This document shows positions 20,234 to 30,238 of a stretch of 64,000 bases of DNA, in pieces. The notes below the pieces were generated by a model. The model was not told where the DNA came from. It worked only from the letters and a program-made list of their open reading frames with translations, and made no database searches. The number at the start of each line of letters is the position of its first letter. Position 1 is the stretch's first letter. Source of the stretch: Psychrobacillus sp. (GTDB lineage Bacteria > Bacillota > Bacilli > Bacillales_A > Planococcaceae); assembly GCA_040274765.1 (NCBI GenBank), contig JBEMAY010000002.1, forward strand, positions 983-64,982. The letters are read 5' to 3'. A program made the translations under genes and the position numbers.

Positions 20234-21193
20234 TCATTTTGTACCTGTTAAATCCTTCAAATAAATCCCGTATCCTTTCCAAATATCGAAATCTAGTTTT
20301 TTATAAAAATCTACTAATATCGTCCAATCAATAATAATGGTTTCGACTTTTCGTTCCTGTAAAATTACCATCGCCGCCTGTACAATTCCTAATCCGTAGC
20401 CTTGCTTTTGTTCGCTCGAATCTACTCCAAGTGGTCCAATCCCTCCAACCTTTGTTTTAAAGGACGGACTCCAGTAAACGTTCTGAGCAATCGTTGGGGA
20501 TTCATCATCATTGATTCGACAAAAGCCAATGATACGTCCATTCTTTTTGAGGACTACAAACTCTCTTCCACTTCCACTCGATTCAAAATATTTGATCGCC
20601 TCGTATTCCCATCTACCAGGAAAAGACTTGTTTAAAAAGGTAAGAAACTCTTCCTTTTCATCCGGTTGTAAGATTGAATAGGACACTGTATTGTCTTCGG
20701 GCATGGAATAGTTCTTACTTAGATGATTAATCAAGTCATATGTGTCGATTCTTTTCAAGTAGCCCTTCTTTTCAACCCACTGTTGTGTCTCCACAAATTG
20801 TAGAGGTACTCCTGAGAAATAATGAAAAGGATCTCCGCCCAACTGAATCTCCTCTATACCTTGGTCTTTTAATGTTTCTTCCACCTTATTAAGTAGCCTT
20901 GTCCCTAACCCTTTATTTCGGTAATTTGTGTCAACCAAGAGTACCTGAACCCACCCCCTTTTAGAATCCATTTTTACATCTACTTTCTCCTGCCATTTTT
21001 TAGCTACACTAAACCCTATTATTTTATTTTGATCGTCTACCGCCATGGCACAACCATCTTCTAGAACATTCTTGTCTTCCAAACTATTTTGGTTAAAAAG
21101 TTTTGGACGCATGGGATATTCTTCTCCCAATTCTTTGTTCCAGAGCTCAACCACTTCCGCTAGTCTACTAGCATCCCAAGGTATGATTTTCAT
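20234..21193 (-). CDS. Tandem-domain GNAT N-acetyltransferase (GlmA-like, possibly a glucosamine/glucosaminide acetyltransferase)
   Basis: Two acetyl-CoA motifs (YRNKGLG, EQKQGYG); FPGRW, GIGPLGV and IIDWT...FY. Confidence 0.75.
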   Translation of the reverse strand: MKIIPWDASRLAEVVELWNKELGEEYPMRPKLFNQNSLEDKNVLEDGCAMAVDDQNKIIGFSVAKKWQEKVDVKMDSKRGWVQVLLVDTNYRNKGLGTRLLNKVEETLKDQGIEEIQLGGDPFHYFSGVPLQFVETQQWVEKKGYLKRIDTYDLINHLSKNYSMPEDNTVSYSILQPDEKEEFLTFLNKSFPGRWEYEAIKYFESSGSGREFVVLKKNGRIIGFCRINDDESPTIAQNVYWSPSFKTKVGGIGPLGVDSSEQKQGYGLGIVQAAMVILQERKVETIIIDWTILVDFYKKLDFDIWKGYGIYLKDLTGTK

Positions 21194-21211
21194 TTCACGT
21201 CACCCTTTCTA

Positions 21212-22804
21212 CTATTGTCCAAATGTCTCTTGCATACGTTTAATAGGGTCATCCTTCATATCGCTACTCCATTCAACTACCTGGTTTACTTTCATCAGCT
21301 CTTGTTTAAGCTCCTGATAATCTATTTCTTGGACAGATGTATTATGTTTGATGGCTAAATTTGCTGCAACACTTGCAGATTGTCCAAGAATCATGAATAC
21401 TGGCTCCATTCGTATAGATCCAAAAGCAATATGAGAGCTGGATAAACAAACTGGAACAAGCAGATTAGCACATTCCTCTACTTTTGGACGTATGGAACGA
21501 TAGGATATCTCAAATGGAGAAATCGGAACCTGCACATCACCCTCGTTCACACATCTTCCATCAATCACCACACGTCGGCAGTTATGAGAATCCATATGGA
21601 AGGAAGCCAAGCCAATCGGATCTTCGACAAAGGACTGTCCAAGACAGTTATGGTCTGTCATGACATAATCTGATATCATTCTTCTTGCTTCTCGGATGTA
21701 CAATTGATGTGGCCAATGTCCTGTTTCCATAAATTCATCCTTTGGAAGCCCCCAAGATGCTACTTCCTCACGGATTGACTGTGGGACTCGTTCATCATTA
21801 GATAGGAAATAGAGCATCCCAAGATCATAATTTACGTGGTCCTGAAAAATCTCCTCACGCTTTTCATAGCTACCCTCTGGCCATTCATAATTCTTTCCAA
21901 TATTATCCGTGGAGATTGCACCGTGGTTATTTAAATCCGATTTGTCATTTGGGAGTGGAGTATGTAGCTTCATAGCATCCCACACGCCCGACTTCATATA
22001 GCGTAATAAAAGCTCATAACGCTGAGGCTCATAGTTAGGGGGTTTTGGAAAAGAAATACGATTTTCAGGGTTATTTGTTAAACAAATTCGAAAGTTATAG
22101 GCTTGAATCCGATGATCCCCCTGTCCCTGGTATCCTAGAGACTCTTTACTATCCTCACTTATACCTGGTAATAGCCCACTGTCCTCCTGACCCTCTATCA
22201 CATATGGGTCAATCCACTTCTCAAATTTATGATGTGGTGCGCCAAATTGTATACCATTGTAGATTTCCTTATAAGTGGCATTCGACTCTCTACCTACAAA
22301 ATAGGAAACACCCGCTTGCCCAAGTAAGTCTCCTTCATAGCTACAATCCATAAAAATTTTCCCTTTAAAACGATTACCACTCTCCATGATGATTTCAGTT
22401 ATTTTCCTATCCTTTTTAATAACTTCATGTAAGTGCTCATTTAGAAATACGGGGATATCATTCTCTTCCATCCAGGATGCAAATATAGATTGTGCTGCCT
22501 TTGGCTCAAATCTCCATTGTTTCTCTTTGTTATAGTATCTGGCTACTTCTTCGTAAAATTCCATAGCAAGTCCACCAATGGCATTTTCCGCACCAAGGTC
22601 TGTAGCTCCTAATCCACTGGCAGTCATTCCTCCGATATTTCGGCTAAATTCCACTACTGCAACAGTCAATCCGTTTCGACAAGCCTGCACAGCAGCTGTT
22701 AAGCCAGCAGGAGTGCCACCGTAAATGATTAGGTCTTTCTCCACCATTTTAGATTCTTTATTTTTTAGTATAGATTTGTAATAGTAAAGTTCTTTAAAAT
22801 TCAT
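21212..22804 (-). CDS. FAD-dependent oxidoreductase (FAD_oxidored, often labelled xanthan lyase-like)
   Basis: IIYGGTPAGLTAA, IGGMTASGLG, DCSYEGDL, REARRM, SIRMEPVFM; start set at ATG 22804 after GGAGGG. Confidence 0.82.
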   Translation of the reverse strand: MNFKELYYYKSILKNKESKMVEKDLIIYGGTPAGLTAAVQACRNGLTVAVVEFSRNIGGMTASGLGATDLGAENAIGGLAMEFYEEVARYYNKEKQWRFEPKAAQSIFASWMEENDIPVFLNEHLHEVIKKDRKITEIIMESGNRFKGKIFMDCSYEGDLLGQAGVSYFVGRESNATYKEIYNGIQFGAPHHKFEKWIDPYVIEGQEDSGLLPGISEDSKESLGYQGQGDHRIQAYNFRICLTNNPENRISFPKPPNYEPQRYELLLRYMKSGVWDAMKLHTPLPNDKSDLNNHGAISTDNIGKNYEWPEGSYEKREEIFQDHVNYDLGMLYFLSNDERVPQSIREEVASWGLPKDEFMETGHWPHQLYIREARRMISDYVMTDHNCLGQSFVEDPIGLASFHMDSHNCRRVVIDGRCVNEGDVQVPISPFEISYRSIRPKVEECANLLVPVCLSSSHIAFGSIRMEPVFMILGQSASVAANLAIKHNTSVQEIDYQELKQELMKVNQVVEWSSDMKDDPIKRMQETFGQ

Positions 22805-22821
22805 CCTCTTCCCTCCATCTT

Positions 22822-24486
22822 TTATTTCTTGTTCCATTCTTTTAGAGTTCTTGCAGCTACTGTTTTTAAAAAATAGAAGTATATGTTGGCTAATTCTGTT
22901 GGTGTATAAGATTGCGTAATATCTTTCTGTTGAGTAGATAGCAGCCTTTCTGTCTCCTCAAAATCCCACTGTCCAAAAAACTTACCTATCTCGTTTAGAC
23001 AGCTTGAAATGTCCTGCTGCTCTTCCATATTTGTAACCTTTTCTGGATCGACCACTCTAGCTGGAAATAACGGTACGTTCCATTTAGTATGAGGTGAGAT
23101 TATTTCTTCTAAAAAGAGAAATGCTTCTTTAAACTGTGTCGAATCAGAAGCAAAGGTCTGAAAATATTGTTCTAGAGAATCGCTTAAACTCTGGCCCCAA
23201 ACAAGCTTCGTATATATATAATTATTAAAGTGTTGGACCCACTTCCATGGGTAACTTTTGTCTAATTCGGTAGAATGGTCTTTCACATGCGGTGGGACAA
23301 TCAGATTTAAAATTCCCGATACATTTTGATGCTGATAGCTCCTTAAGTCTTCATCAATTCTTCTTGCTAGTGGCGGGAATAGCTCACTTAGCATGAAATG
23401 GTCACTATAATATTCTAAAACGGTTAGATTTCTACCTTTCTTTTTGGCTCTAATGTTCCAATCCTTTAATGAATGGCTAGCTCTCTGCTGATTAATCTCC
23501 TGCGATTCTATACTATCTGCGTAATTTCTTCCCCAGTATGCAAATAGAATATCAACCTCTGACGAGATATTCGTATTATTGTCGCGCTCTAGCATGCTCC
23601 ATGAGAGTCCTGCGTTGTAAACGATGTGCTCGACCTCTACTTGCAGACCGCTACTTTTTAATGATTTATTTAAATTTTCAGTAAATAATATGTAGCTAGA
23701 CATGAAATCTCTGCCGTTTTTCTCCCCAATACCAACATCCTCTGGCCACAAGGATATTCTAGAAATGACCTTGTTCTCTTTACAAATGGCTACAATTTTT
23801 TGAATAATCTTCTCCTGTATTTCCTTGTCTCTTGTAAAGAATTGAATATTTTCTTGCTTAGCACTCTGAATACCTATCTCGTTTAATAGGAATTGCAGTG
23901 AATGGCCGCCTAAAGTTACTCTTACTCCTCTCCTCATTAAGGATGGAGCCACATATGTCTTTACTTTTTCCCACAAAAAGAAGGTGAAAAAGTATTCATT
24001 ATGACCGTTTTTGACACCCCAATCTATAATTGAGTTTATAAATGTGGGATCATCAATGGTTTCAAAAATATTTCCTCTTCTTTGGAAGCGGGGCACAAAA
24101 GTAGTATGCCCTTCCTCCTCTTGAAGTGGCACTTGGACTATATCTTCCTGTTCCAATTGAGTCCATCTGTATCCTAAATATTTTTCACAGTACTTATATG
24201 CTCCATACAAGACAGAGCGTGGCTCTTCCCCAACAATCCATGTGTTGGTGCCTTGTTTCACTATGGCATAGCCATCTCGGTTTAAATCCATAGATATTTT
24301 GGAGAAATTTGACAACGCATAGTATTGCTCTCTTGTTATTAATAAAATTTGATGATCATCGCTATCTTTAAAGTATTCAACAAGTTGCAAGGAGCTTTCG
24401 GTACCCGCTTTTTCTAACAGCCTTTTTAACTCTTCTCCTGCAAATAGAATTGGATCTTGTTTGTTAAAATAAGAAATGGAAATCAT
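22822..24486 (-). CDS. Uncharacterised carbohydrate-active-like protein with a GH67/GH20-type N-terminal domain (DUF4838-like)
   Basis: FAGEELKRLL...DGYAI...GEEPRSVLYGAY N-domain, PRFQRRG, VLEYYSD. Confidence 0.55.
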   Translation of the reverse strand: MISISYFNKQDPILFAGEELKRLLEKAGTESSLQLVEYFKDSDDHQILLITREQYYALSNFSKISMDLNRDGYAIVKQGTNTWIVGEEPRSVLYGAYKYCEKYLGYRWTQLEQEDIVQVPLQEEEGHTTFVPRFQRRGNIFETIDDPTFINSIIDWGVKNGHNEYFFTFFLWEKVKTYVAPSLMRRGVRVTLGGHSLQFLLNEIGIQSAKQENIQFFTRDKEIQEKIIQKIVAICKENKVISRISLWPEDVGIGEKNGRDFMSSYILFTENLNKSLKSSGLQVEVEHIVYNAGLSWSMLERDNNTNISSEVDILFAYWGRNYADSIESQEINQQRASHSLKDWNIRAKKKGRNLTVLEYYSDHFMLSELFPPLARRIDEDLRSYQHQNVSGILNLIVPPHVKDHSTELDKSYPWKWVQHFNNYIYTKLVWGQSLSDSLEQYFQTFASDSTQFKEAFLFLEEIISPHTKWNVPLFPARVVDPEKVTNMEEQQDISSCLNEIGKFFGQWDFEETERLLSTQQKDITQSYTPTELANIYFYFLKTVAARTLKEWNKK

Positions 24487-24570
24487 AACATCACTACCTT
24501 TTAAATTAATTTCTTGTTTTCTAGCTAAAGTAAAAGGCCCATGTTCTTCTAGACACGTGCCTGTAGAATT

Positions 24571-25545
24571 CTATAATTTAATTGGTTGCTTTAGCTTGCT
24601 AGATTCATACGCAGCCAGCGAGACTTCTAGTGATTTTAATCCATCAAAGCCAGTAATAGATGGTTCTCTTCCCTCTTTTACACACTGAACAAAATCCTGT
24701 ACTAATCCAAAATCCATATCATTTCCATAGAAGACATGTTCAAGAGACTTTTCTCCACTCACAAACATGCGGAAATGCTCCTTGAAGGCATCTACCTTAA
24801 CTATTTGCTTGGTACCAATGACTTCAATCGTTGCATCACCCCAAGTAGGATATTGAGCAAATCTTGACCAGCTTGGATCATGGGAAGCAATTACACCGTT
24901 TGCAAATTCTAACGTAAGGAGACCAGCATCATCTATTGCAATATCATGATAATAGGAGTCGACTATAGCAGACACTTCTGAAACTTCCTGTCCTAAATAC
25001 CAACGCATGATATCTACCATATGTACCGTATGATCAAGCACCGCTCCTCCTCCAGCTGCTTCTTCTTCTATAAACCAACCACCCGGATTTTGTCCTCTGT
25101 TAGTGGTACGAAAAGCAATAATCTCTCCTAGCTCGCCTTTATCAATTAACTCTTTTAAATGTCGGATTGGAGTACTAAATCTTACGGGATAAGCTATTTG
25201 CAAAATGACCGACTGCTCTTTACATACTTCAATCATTTCCTTAGCATCTTCTATATTAGTAGCAATTGGCTTTTCACATAAAATATGCTTTTTAGCTTTA
25301 GCTGCATGGATTACCATTTCTTTATGTCTATTATTTTCACTACAAACGATCACTGCATCCATATCTAAAGAGAGAAATTTCTCTTGATCCATGTAATGGT
25401 CCGTATCAAACAAAGCAGCAGCAGTTTGCCCTCTTTCTGCAGACTCGTCAAAAATACCAACAATCTCTACGTCTTTCATTTTTGTGAGTGCGCTCGCATA
25501 ACTGTTTGCATGCATATGAGCGAAACTCATCATACCTATTTTCAT
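24571..25545 (-). CDS. Gfo/Idh/MocA family oxidoreductase
   Basis: HILCEKPIA, AGGGAVLDHTVH. Confidence 0.9.
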   Translation of the reverse strand: MKIGMMSFAHMHANSYASALTKMKDVEIVGIFDESAERGQTAAALFDTDHYMDQEKFLSLDMDAVIVCSENNRHKEMVIHAAKAKKHILCEKPIATNIEDAKEMIEVCKEQSVILQIAYPVRFSTPIRHLKELIDKGELGEIIAFRTTNRGQNPGGWFIEEEAAGGGAVLDHTVHMVDIMRWYLGQEVSEVSAIVDSYYHDIAIDDAGLLTLEFANGVIASHDPSWSRFAQYPTWGDATIEVIGTKQIVKVDAFKEHFRMFVSGEKSLEHVFYGNDMDFGLVQDFVQCVKEGREPSITGFDGLKSLEVSLAAYESSKLKQPIKL

Positions 25546-26228
25546 GTAAGTGTACCTCCAGCTAGGATCTCCCTATAGAATTTCACTTTTTCAATCAGTA
25601 CAGCATCTACCTTTTTTGCAGAGCGCAATAAATCATCCGCATTGTATTGTAACGGAAGAAGCTGACCGTTCAACTCTTCACTATCAAATTCAACAATGCG
25701 CTTCATTCCACTCCATTCCATTTCAACTCGATCCACATTTGCAATCGTAAATTCGACATGGGCCATGGCTCCACTTTCAAAACGGATCATGAGTATCATA
25801 TGACTTGTACCAGAATCTCCCTTAGACCTTTTTATTTGTCTCTCTTTAGGCTCACCAAACAATAAGGAAAGTACATAGAGGTCTCCTGCCATACTGTCTA
25901 GGTTATCCTCTCTGACCATTCTTCGAAAACGAAATACACCATTAGCCTTACTACCACTTTCTATTATTTCTTTTATTTTTTGGTAGAATGGATAACACTC
26001 CAATTCAAAATATACGTTGGTGTTACTATCCTCATTCACATAACTAAGTAAGTCTGTTGAAATGAAAATGTCATATCCACTTTTCTCTAGAGCTCTTAAG
26101 TTTTTCTCAGTAGCGTCCATCACAAAAGAACCTTGTTCACCGTTAATCTCCACTAGCTTTTCAACAGAATGAAGCCTACTTGCCTGTCCTAGCTTCACAT
26201 CATTAAAACTACCTAAAATAACGTTCAC
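25542..26228 (-). CDS. Degenerate Gfo/Idh/MocA-like protein (C-terminal domain only)
   Basis: YQKIKEIIESG, DLYVLSLLFGEP and IRFESGAMAHVEFT resemble the Gfo C-domain; no EKP or Rossmann motif; GTG start. Confidence 0.55.
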   Translation of the reverse strand: MNVILGSFNDVKLGQASRLHSVEKLVEINGEQGSFVMDATEKNLRALEKSGYDIFISTDLLSYVNEDSNTNVYFELECYPFYQKIKEIIESGSKANGVFRFRRMVREDNLDSMAGDLYVLSLLFGEPKERQIKRSKGDSGTSHMILMIRFESGAMAHVEFTIANVDRVEMEWSGMKRIVEFDSEELNGQLLPLQYNADDLLRSAKKVDAVLIEKVKFYREILAGGTLT

Positions 26229-26241
26229 GATTAATCACTCC

Positions 26242-27084
26242 TCAATTCAACAGCTTTCTAAGTCGACGAACCGCCTCTTCGTTAGCAAGCTTTGCATCCT
26301 CAAATCCTTCATATTCAATGGAAAGCCAACCCTGGTAATCCTGTTTTTTAAGTCCTTCCACGATATAAGTTAAATCTACCTTACCGTCACCTGGGATAAC
26401 CCCGATTAGCTCTTTTCCTTCCGTTGAACGAAAGCCTTTTACGGTTTCATGAACTTCTTTCTCTCTGAAATCCTTAAAGTGAACATGAGCAATATCTTGC
26501 TTGATTCGGTCGAATGCATTCGCAGGATCCTCATGGACCAATAAAAAGTTACCCGTGTCAAAGGTAGATTTTACATACGGACTGTTGACGGTTTTAATAA
26601 TTTCCTGAATCTGCTGACTTTTTCCTGCCAATAAACCATGATTTTCAATAGCTAAAACTATCTTTTCCTTTTCTGCAACCTTTGCACTTTCCTGCAAGCC
26701 CTCTATAATCCAGTCAAAACATTCTTCATAGATAAGCCCTTCTCTAATATCTCCACAGAAAACTCGAACCGTATTAGCATTTATTGCTTTAGCGACCCGA
26801 ATACCTTCCAATACCTTCTCGACTTCTGCTTTTCGATCCTCTTCGTTGGGACGAACGAAGTTATTAGTAATATCATAAGCAGATACTTCTAGATTGGCTT
26901 TATGTAATTTGTCCACTATTTCTTTGATCTCTTCATCCTTATTGGAAGGATCCTGCCAATAAATATCTAGAAGCTCTACACCATCTAAAGATATACTTTT
27001 CGCGTATTCGATAAAGTCAGCGACTGACCAATCATCTTGCCTAATAGTGGAAGCTAAACTATACATACTTATACTGATTCTCAT
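26242..27084 (-). CDS. Sugar phosphate isomerase/epimerase (AP_endonuc_2 TIM barrel)
   Basis: DGVEL, LAIENHG, FDTGNF, HVHFKD, GDGKVD, SIEYEG. Confidence 0.9.
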   Translation of the reverse strand: MRISISMYSLASTIRQDDWSVADFIEYAKSISLDGVELLDIYWQDPSNKDEEIKEIVDKLHKANLEVSAYDITNNFVRPNEEDRKAEVEKVLEGIRVAKAINANTVRVFCGDIREGLIYEECFDWIIEGLQESAKVAEKEKIVLAIENHGLLAGKSQQIQEIIKTVNSPYVKSTFDTGNFLLVHEDPANAFDRIKQDIAHVHFKDFREKEVHETVKGFRSTEGKELIGVIPGDGKVDLTYIVEGLKKQDYQGWLSIEYEGFEDAKLANEEAVRRLRKLLN

Positions 27085-27102
27085 CCTGTCTCCTCCTATC
27101 TA

Positions 27103-28077
27103 TCAATTCAGCCAATGCTTTCTAACAAACGCTAATTTCTTCTCCTCATGAAATGGATTAACTTCATGCGCATATTGTGGGTAGACTTCAATTTCCTTAT
27201 CTTTTGTTTGTAAATGGTTATAAGCTGCAAAAACAGTAGAAGGAGGTGTAACAGAATCCTCTAATCCGATAGACATTAAGGCTGGGCAATGGATGGTATC
27301 ACAAAAGTGAACGCAATCGATATAGCCCAGAGTATTCATAATGGATGAATACGTTTCGTATTGCGGATCAGTATACTTTAAATAATGGACAAGCTCCATA
27401 TAAGGACCAGCCAAAGAGATCTCAATAGCTCTTTCAAAGTTTGCTAGGAATGGATAATCCGAGACGACCAGTTCTATTCTATGGTCTAATCCGGCAAGGG
27501 CCAAGGCTAATCCTCCTCCCTGAGAGCTTCCTAGAACACCGATTTTTGTTGGTTCTACTAAAGATTCAGAGGAGTTTATCCATTCCAACTGAAGTAGGAG
27601 ATCCTTATATACATTCGTATAATAATAATTTTCTGGCTCATGAATGCCATTTAACATCCAACCAAGTGACCTTGCACCATTGGAATATATCGCATAATCC
27701 GGGGAGCTGCCCTGGGCGCGAACATCAAAGGCATACACTGCTATTCCCATAGAAATCCACTTTAAGTAATCTAGCGGCAGACCACGGCTACCTGTGTAAC
27801 CATGGATACTCAGCATGACTGGACACTGCTCGATTCCTTTAGGTCTAATCCCCCACCCTTTTAAGGGCGTACCGTCCCAGCTTTCAAACAACAAATTAGC
27901 AACCTCCATAGTAGGAATCACATAATCCTCCCAAGTAATTGCCACATTTGGTTTGAGTCCGTTTATTTTCTTCTGTTGATCATCCCAAAATACTTGAAAT
28001 TTTGAAGGCTTATATATATGCTTTGGTTTATATTCTTTCAGTTTACTTAATGGAAAATCTGCAATTTGTCTCCCCAA
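27103..28077 (-). CDS. CE7-family acetyl esterase (acetylxylan esterase/cephalosporin-C deacetylase-like)
   Basis: HGYTG, DVRAQG, GSSQGGG, D...PPSTVFAAYN, YAHE. Confidence 0.88.
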   Translation of the reverse strand: MGRQIADFPLSKLKEYKPKHIYKPSKFQVFWDDQQKKINGLKPNVAITWEDYVIPTMEVANLLFESWDGTPLKGWGIRPKGIEQCPVMLSIHGYTGSRGLPLDYLKWISMGIAVYAFDVRAQGSSPDYAIYSNGARSLGWMLNGIHEPENYYYTNVYKDLLLQLEWINSSESLVEPTKIGVLGSSQGGGLALALAGLDHRIELVVSDYPFLANFERAIEISLAGPYMELVHYLKYTDPQYETYSSIMNTLGYIDCVHFCDTIHCPALMSIGLEDSVTPPSTVFAAYNHLQTKDKEIEVYPQYAHEVNPFHEEKKLAFVRKHWLN

Positions 28078-28110
28078 ATGCGTTTAGCTCCTTTCTAAAC
28101 GAACCGTGTT

Positions 28111-29163
28111 TTATAAATATATTTCCTTCCCAGTTTCAGCTGATTCATAAATAGCATTTAACATTTTCATCACTTCTACTCCGTCTTCTACTGGAGCCAC
28201 AGGATGTTTTCCATCCAAGCAGCATTCTACAAAGTGGTTAATCTCATTTGTAAAGGATCCACCGAAGTCAAAGCTTTTATTGTCAACCTGTGGAAGTATA
28301 TTAAGGATGGTATCGTTTTGCTCTGCCACGATGACAATCTCTGGTTCTATTTCTGCCCCACCCTTTTCCCCAAACAATTTGACGCTCACTTGATCCTCTT
28401 TGGCTTGAAGTGTAAAGCTTACATCTACAGCCAAGGACGCACCGTTTTCAAAGCGAATCAATGCATTTGCTAAATCTTCTACGTTGTTCAAAGAAGAATC
28501 ATAGTCAGCTGCCTTATAGAAGGAAAGGTTTTTAATATTACTCCGGTTCCCAAGTTTCGAATACGTATTTCCACTAACAGAAACAGGCTTTGGTCTCCCC
28601 ATCATATACCAGCAAATATCAATCATATGAACACCTAAATCCATAAGTGCTCCTCCTCCAGATTTAGATTTGTCACTAAACCAGCCACCTGGATTTCCTA
28701 GCCGTCTTAAACAGGATGCTTTCGCATAATAGATTTCTCCTAAATAATCTTGGTCTATGAATTGCTTTAGGATATTAGAGTTACTCCCATGTCTTCGAAC
28801 AAAACCAACTAGCAGAACTTTTCCTGACTTTTCTACCGCAGCCTCTACTGCCAGCGCCTCTTCTACGGTCATACATAATGGCTTTTCAACCAATACATGC
28901 TTCCCAGCTTCCAATGCAGCAATAGCTATTTCGGCATGGGTGTTGTTCCAAGTACAAATACTTACGGCCTCTACATCTTCATTAGCCAATAAATCATGGT
29001 AATTAGTATATAAATGAGTCACCCCATATTGATGCCCACATTCAGTAAGCCTTTGCTCATTTTGGTCACATAATGCTATGAGCTCTACTCTTTTATGAAG
29101 AATATATGGAGTAATATGAAACTGTGAAATAGACCCTCCACCAATTACGCCAACCTTTAACAT
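28111..29163 (-). CDS. Gfo/Idh/MocA family oxidoreductase
   Basis: VGVIGGGSI, HVLVEKP, SGGGALMDLGVH. Confidence 0.92.
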   Translation of the reverse strand: MLKVGVIGGGSISQFHITPYILHKRVELIALCDQNEQRLTECGHQYGVTHLYTNYHDLLANEDVEAVSICTWNNTHAEIAIAALEAGKHVLVEKPLCMTVEEALAVEAAVEKSGKVLLVGFVRRHGSNSNILKQFIDQDYLGEIYYAKASCLRRLGNPGGWFSDKSKSGGGALMDLGVHMIDICWYMMGRPKPVSVSGNTYSKLGNRSNIKNLSFYKAADYDSSLNNVEDLANALIRFENGASLAVDVSFTLQAKEDQVSVKLFGEKGGAEIEPEIVIVAEQNDTILNILPQVDNKSFDFGGSFTNEINHFVECCLDGKHPVAPVEDGVEVMKMLNAIYESAETGKEIYL

Positions 29164-29193
29164 TAAAATTCTCCTCTCAGTTATAAAACTACC

Positions 29194-30195
29194 CTAGCTA
29201 AACTTGATAATCTTCGTTAAGGTTTTTGATTTCTTATCAGTCAAATCTTTATATGCAGAAGGCGCCTGATCTATGTTCACTTCTTCCGTTATGAATGACT
29301 CCATTTTGATACGCTTTTCCTTTACTAGCCTCAAATACTCAGCAACATTTCTTCCTTCTGTCCATCTTACGTATCCATATGGGTAATCCACTGCCTGCTT
29401 TTCATATATGGGGTCATACCTTCCCGGTCCCCCTGCTCTTGAAATGAGGATTTGAGCTTCCTTCCCAAACATTAACTCTCTAGGGAAGTCCGGCTCTATA
29501 TCGCCTACAATAACTACTTTCCCTTGGTTGCGTATCCATTCTAGGCTTTGACCAGTAAGAGATGATCGCTTGCCACCCGCACATAGCAGCACAGCGTCCG
29601 CCCCTCTGTTTCCTGTATTCTTGTTAATCGCTTCTTCCATTTCCTCTAAATTAGAAAAGGTAGTAATTCCGGATTCTTCTTGTAACATAGCTCCTCTTTC
29701 ATTTTGTAAATCGTATGCAAGAACATCATAGGCGGCTGCATGAGCAATTTTTGCAATCATCTGCCCTAACAATCCAAGACCAACAATCACTACGGTTTCT
29801 CCAAATGCTAAATTGGCTACTCGTAGTGCATGAATAGCAATTGCTCCGATTCCAGCTAGAGACGCTTCTTTTGGATCTATTCCCTCTGGTACCTTAGCAC
29901 ATAACGTCCTTGGTACACAGAGATATTCGGAATGCCCTACGTAAGGTGCTCCGTAGCATGAAACGATATCTCCTTTTTTAAAACCATTAACATTGTCTCC
30001 GCATTCTTCCACAACACCAACCGCACTATATCCTAAAGAAATCTCTCTTTCACGGCTTGCTGCTATTAAGCTTAGCTCCGTTCCTGGCGAAATGGCACTG
30101 TACAACGTCTTGATCAGAAGATAAGAAGGTACAATATCCATCCTGGGTCTTTCTTCTATATAAACCTTTTGATCTTTCGCAATAACTGTCTTCAC
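29194..30195 (-). CDS. MDR-family (zinc-binding alcohol dehydrogenase-like) oxidoreductase
   Basis: SAISPGTE, LGYSAVG, GLGLLG, SRAGGPGRYD, RWTEGRN. Confidence 0.85.
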   Translation of the reverse strand: MKTVIAKDQKVYIEERPRMDIVPSYLLIKTLYSAISPGTELSLIAASREREISLGYSAVGVVEECGDNVNGFKKGDIVSCYGAPYVGHSEYLCVPRTLCAKVPEGIDPKEASLAGIGAIAIHALRVANLAFGETVVIVGLGLLGQMIAKIAHAAAYDVLAYDLQNERGAMLQEESGITTFSNLEEMEEAINKNTGNRGADAVLLCAGGKRSSLTGQSLEWIRNQGKVVIVGDIEPDFPRELMFGKEAQILISRAGGPGRYDPIYEKQAVDYPYGYVRWTEGRNVAEYLRLVKEKRIKMESFITEEVNIDQAPSAYKDLTDKKSKTLTKIIKFS

Positions 30196-30238
30196 TTCAA
30201 TCGCTCCTTACATTAAAACCCTAATTGAAAGGGACTCA

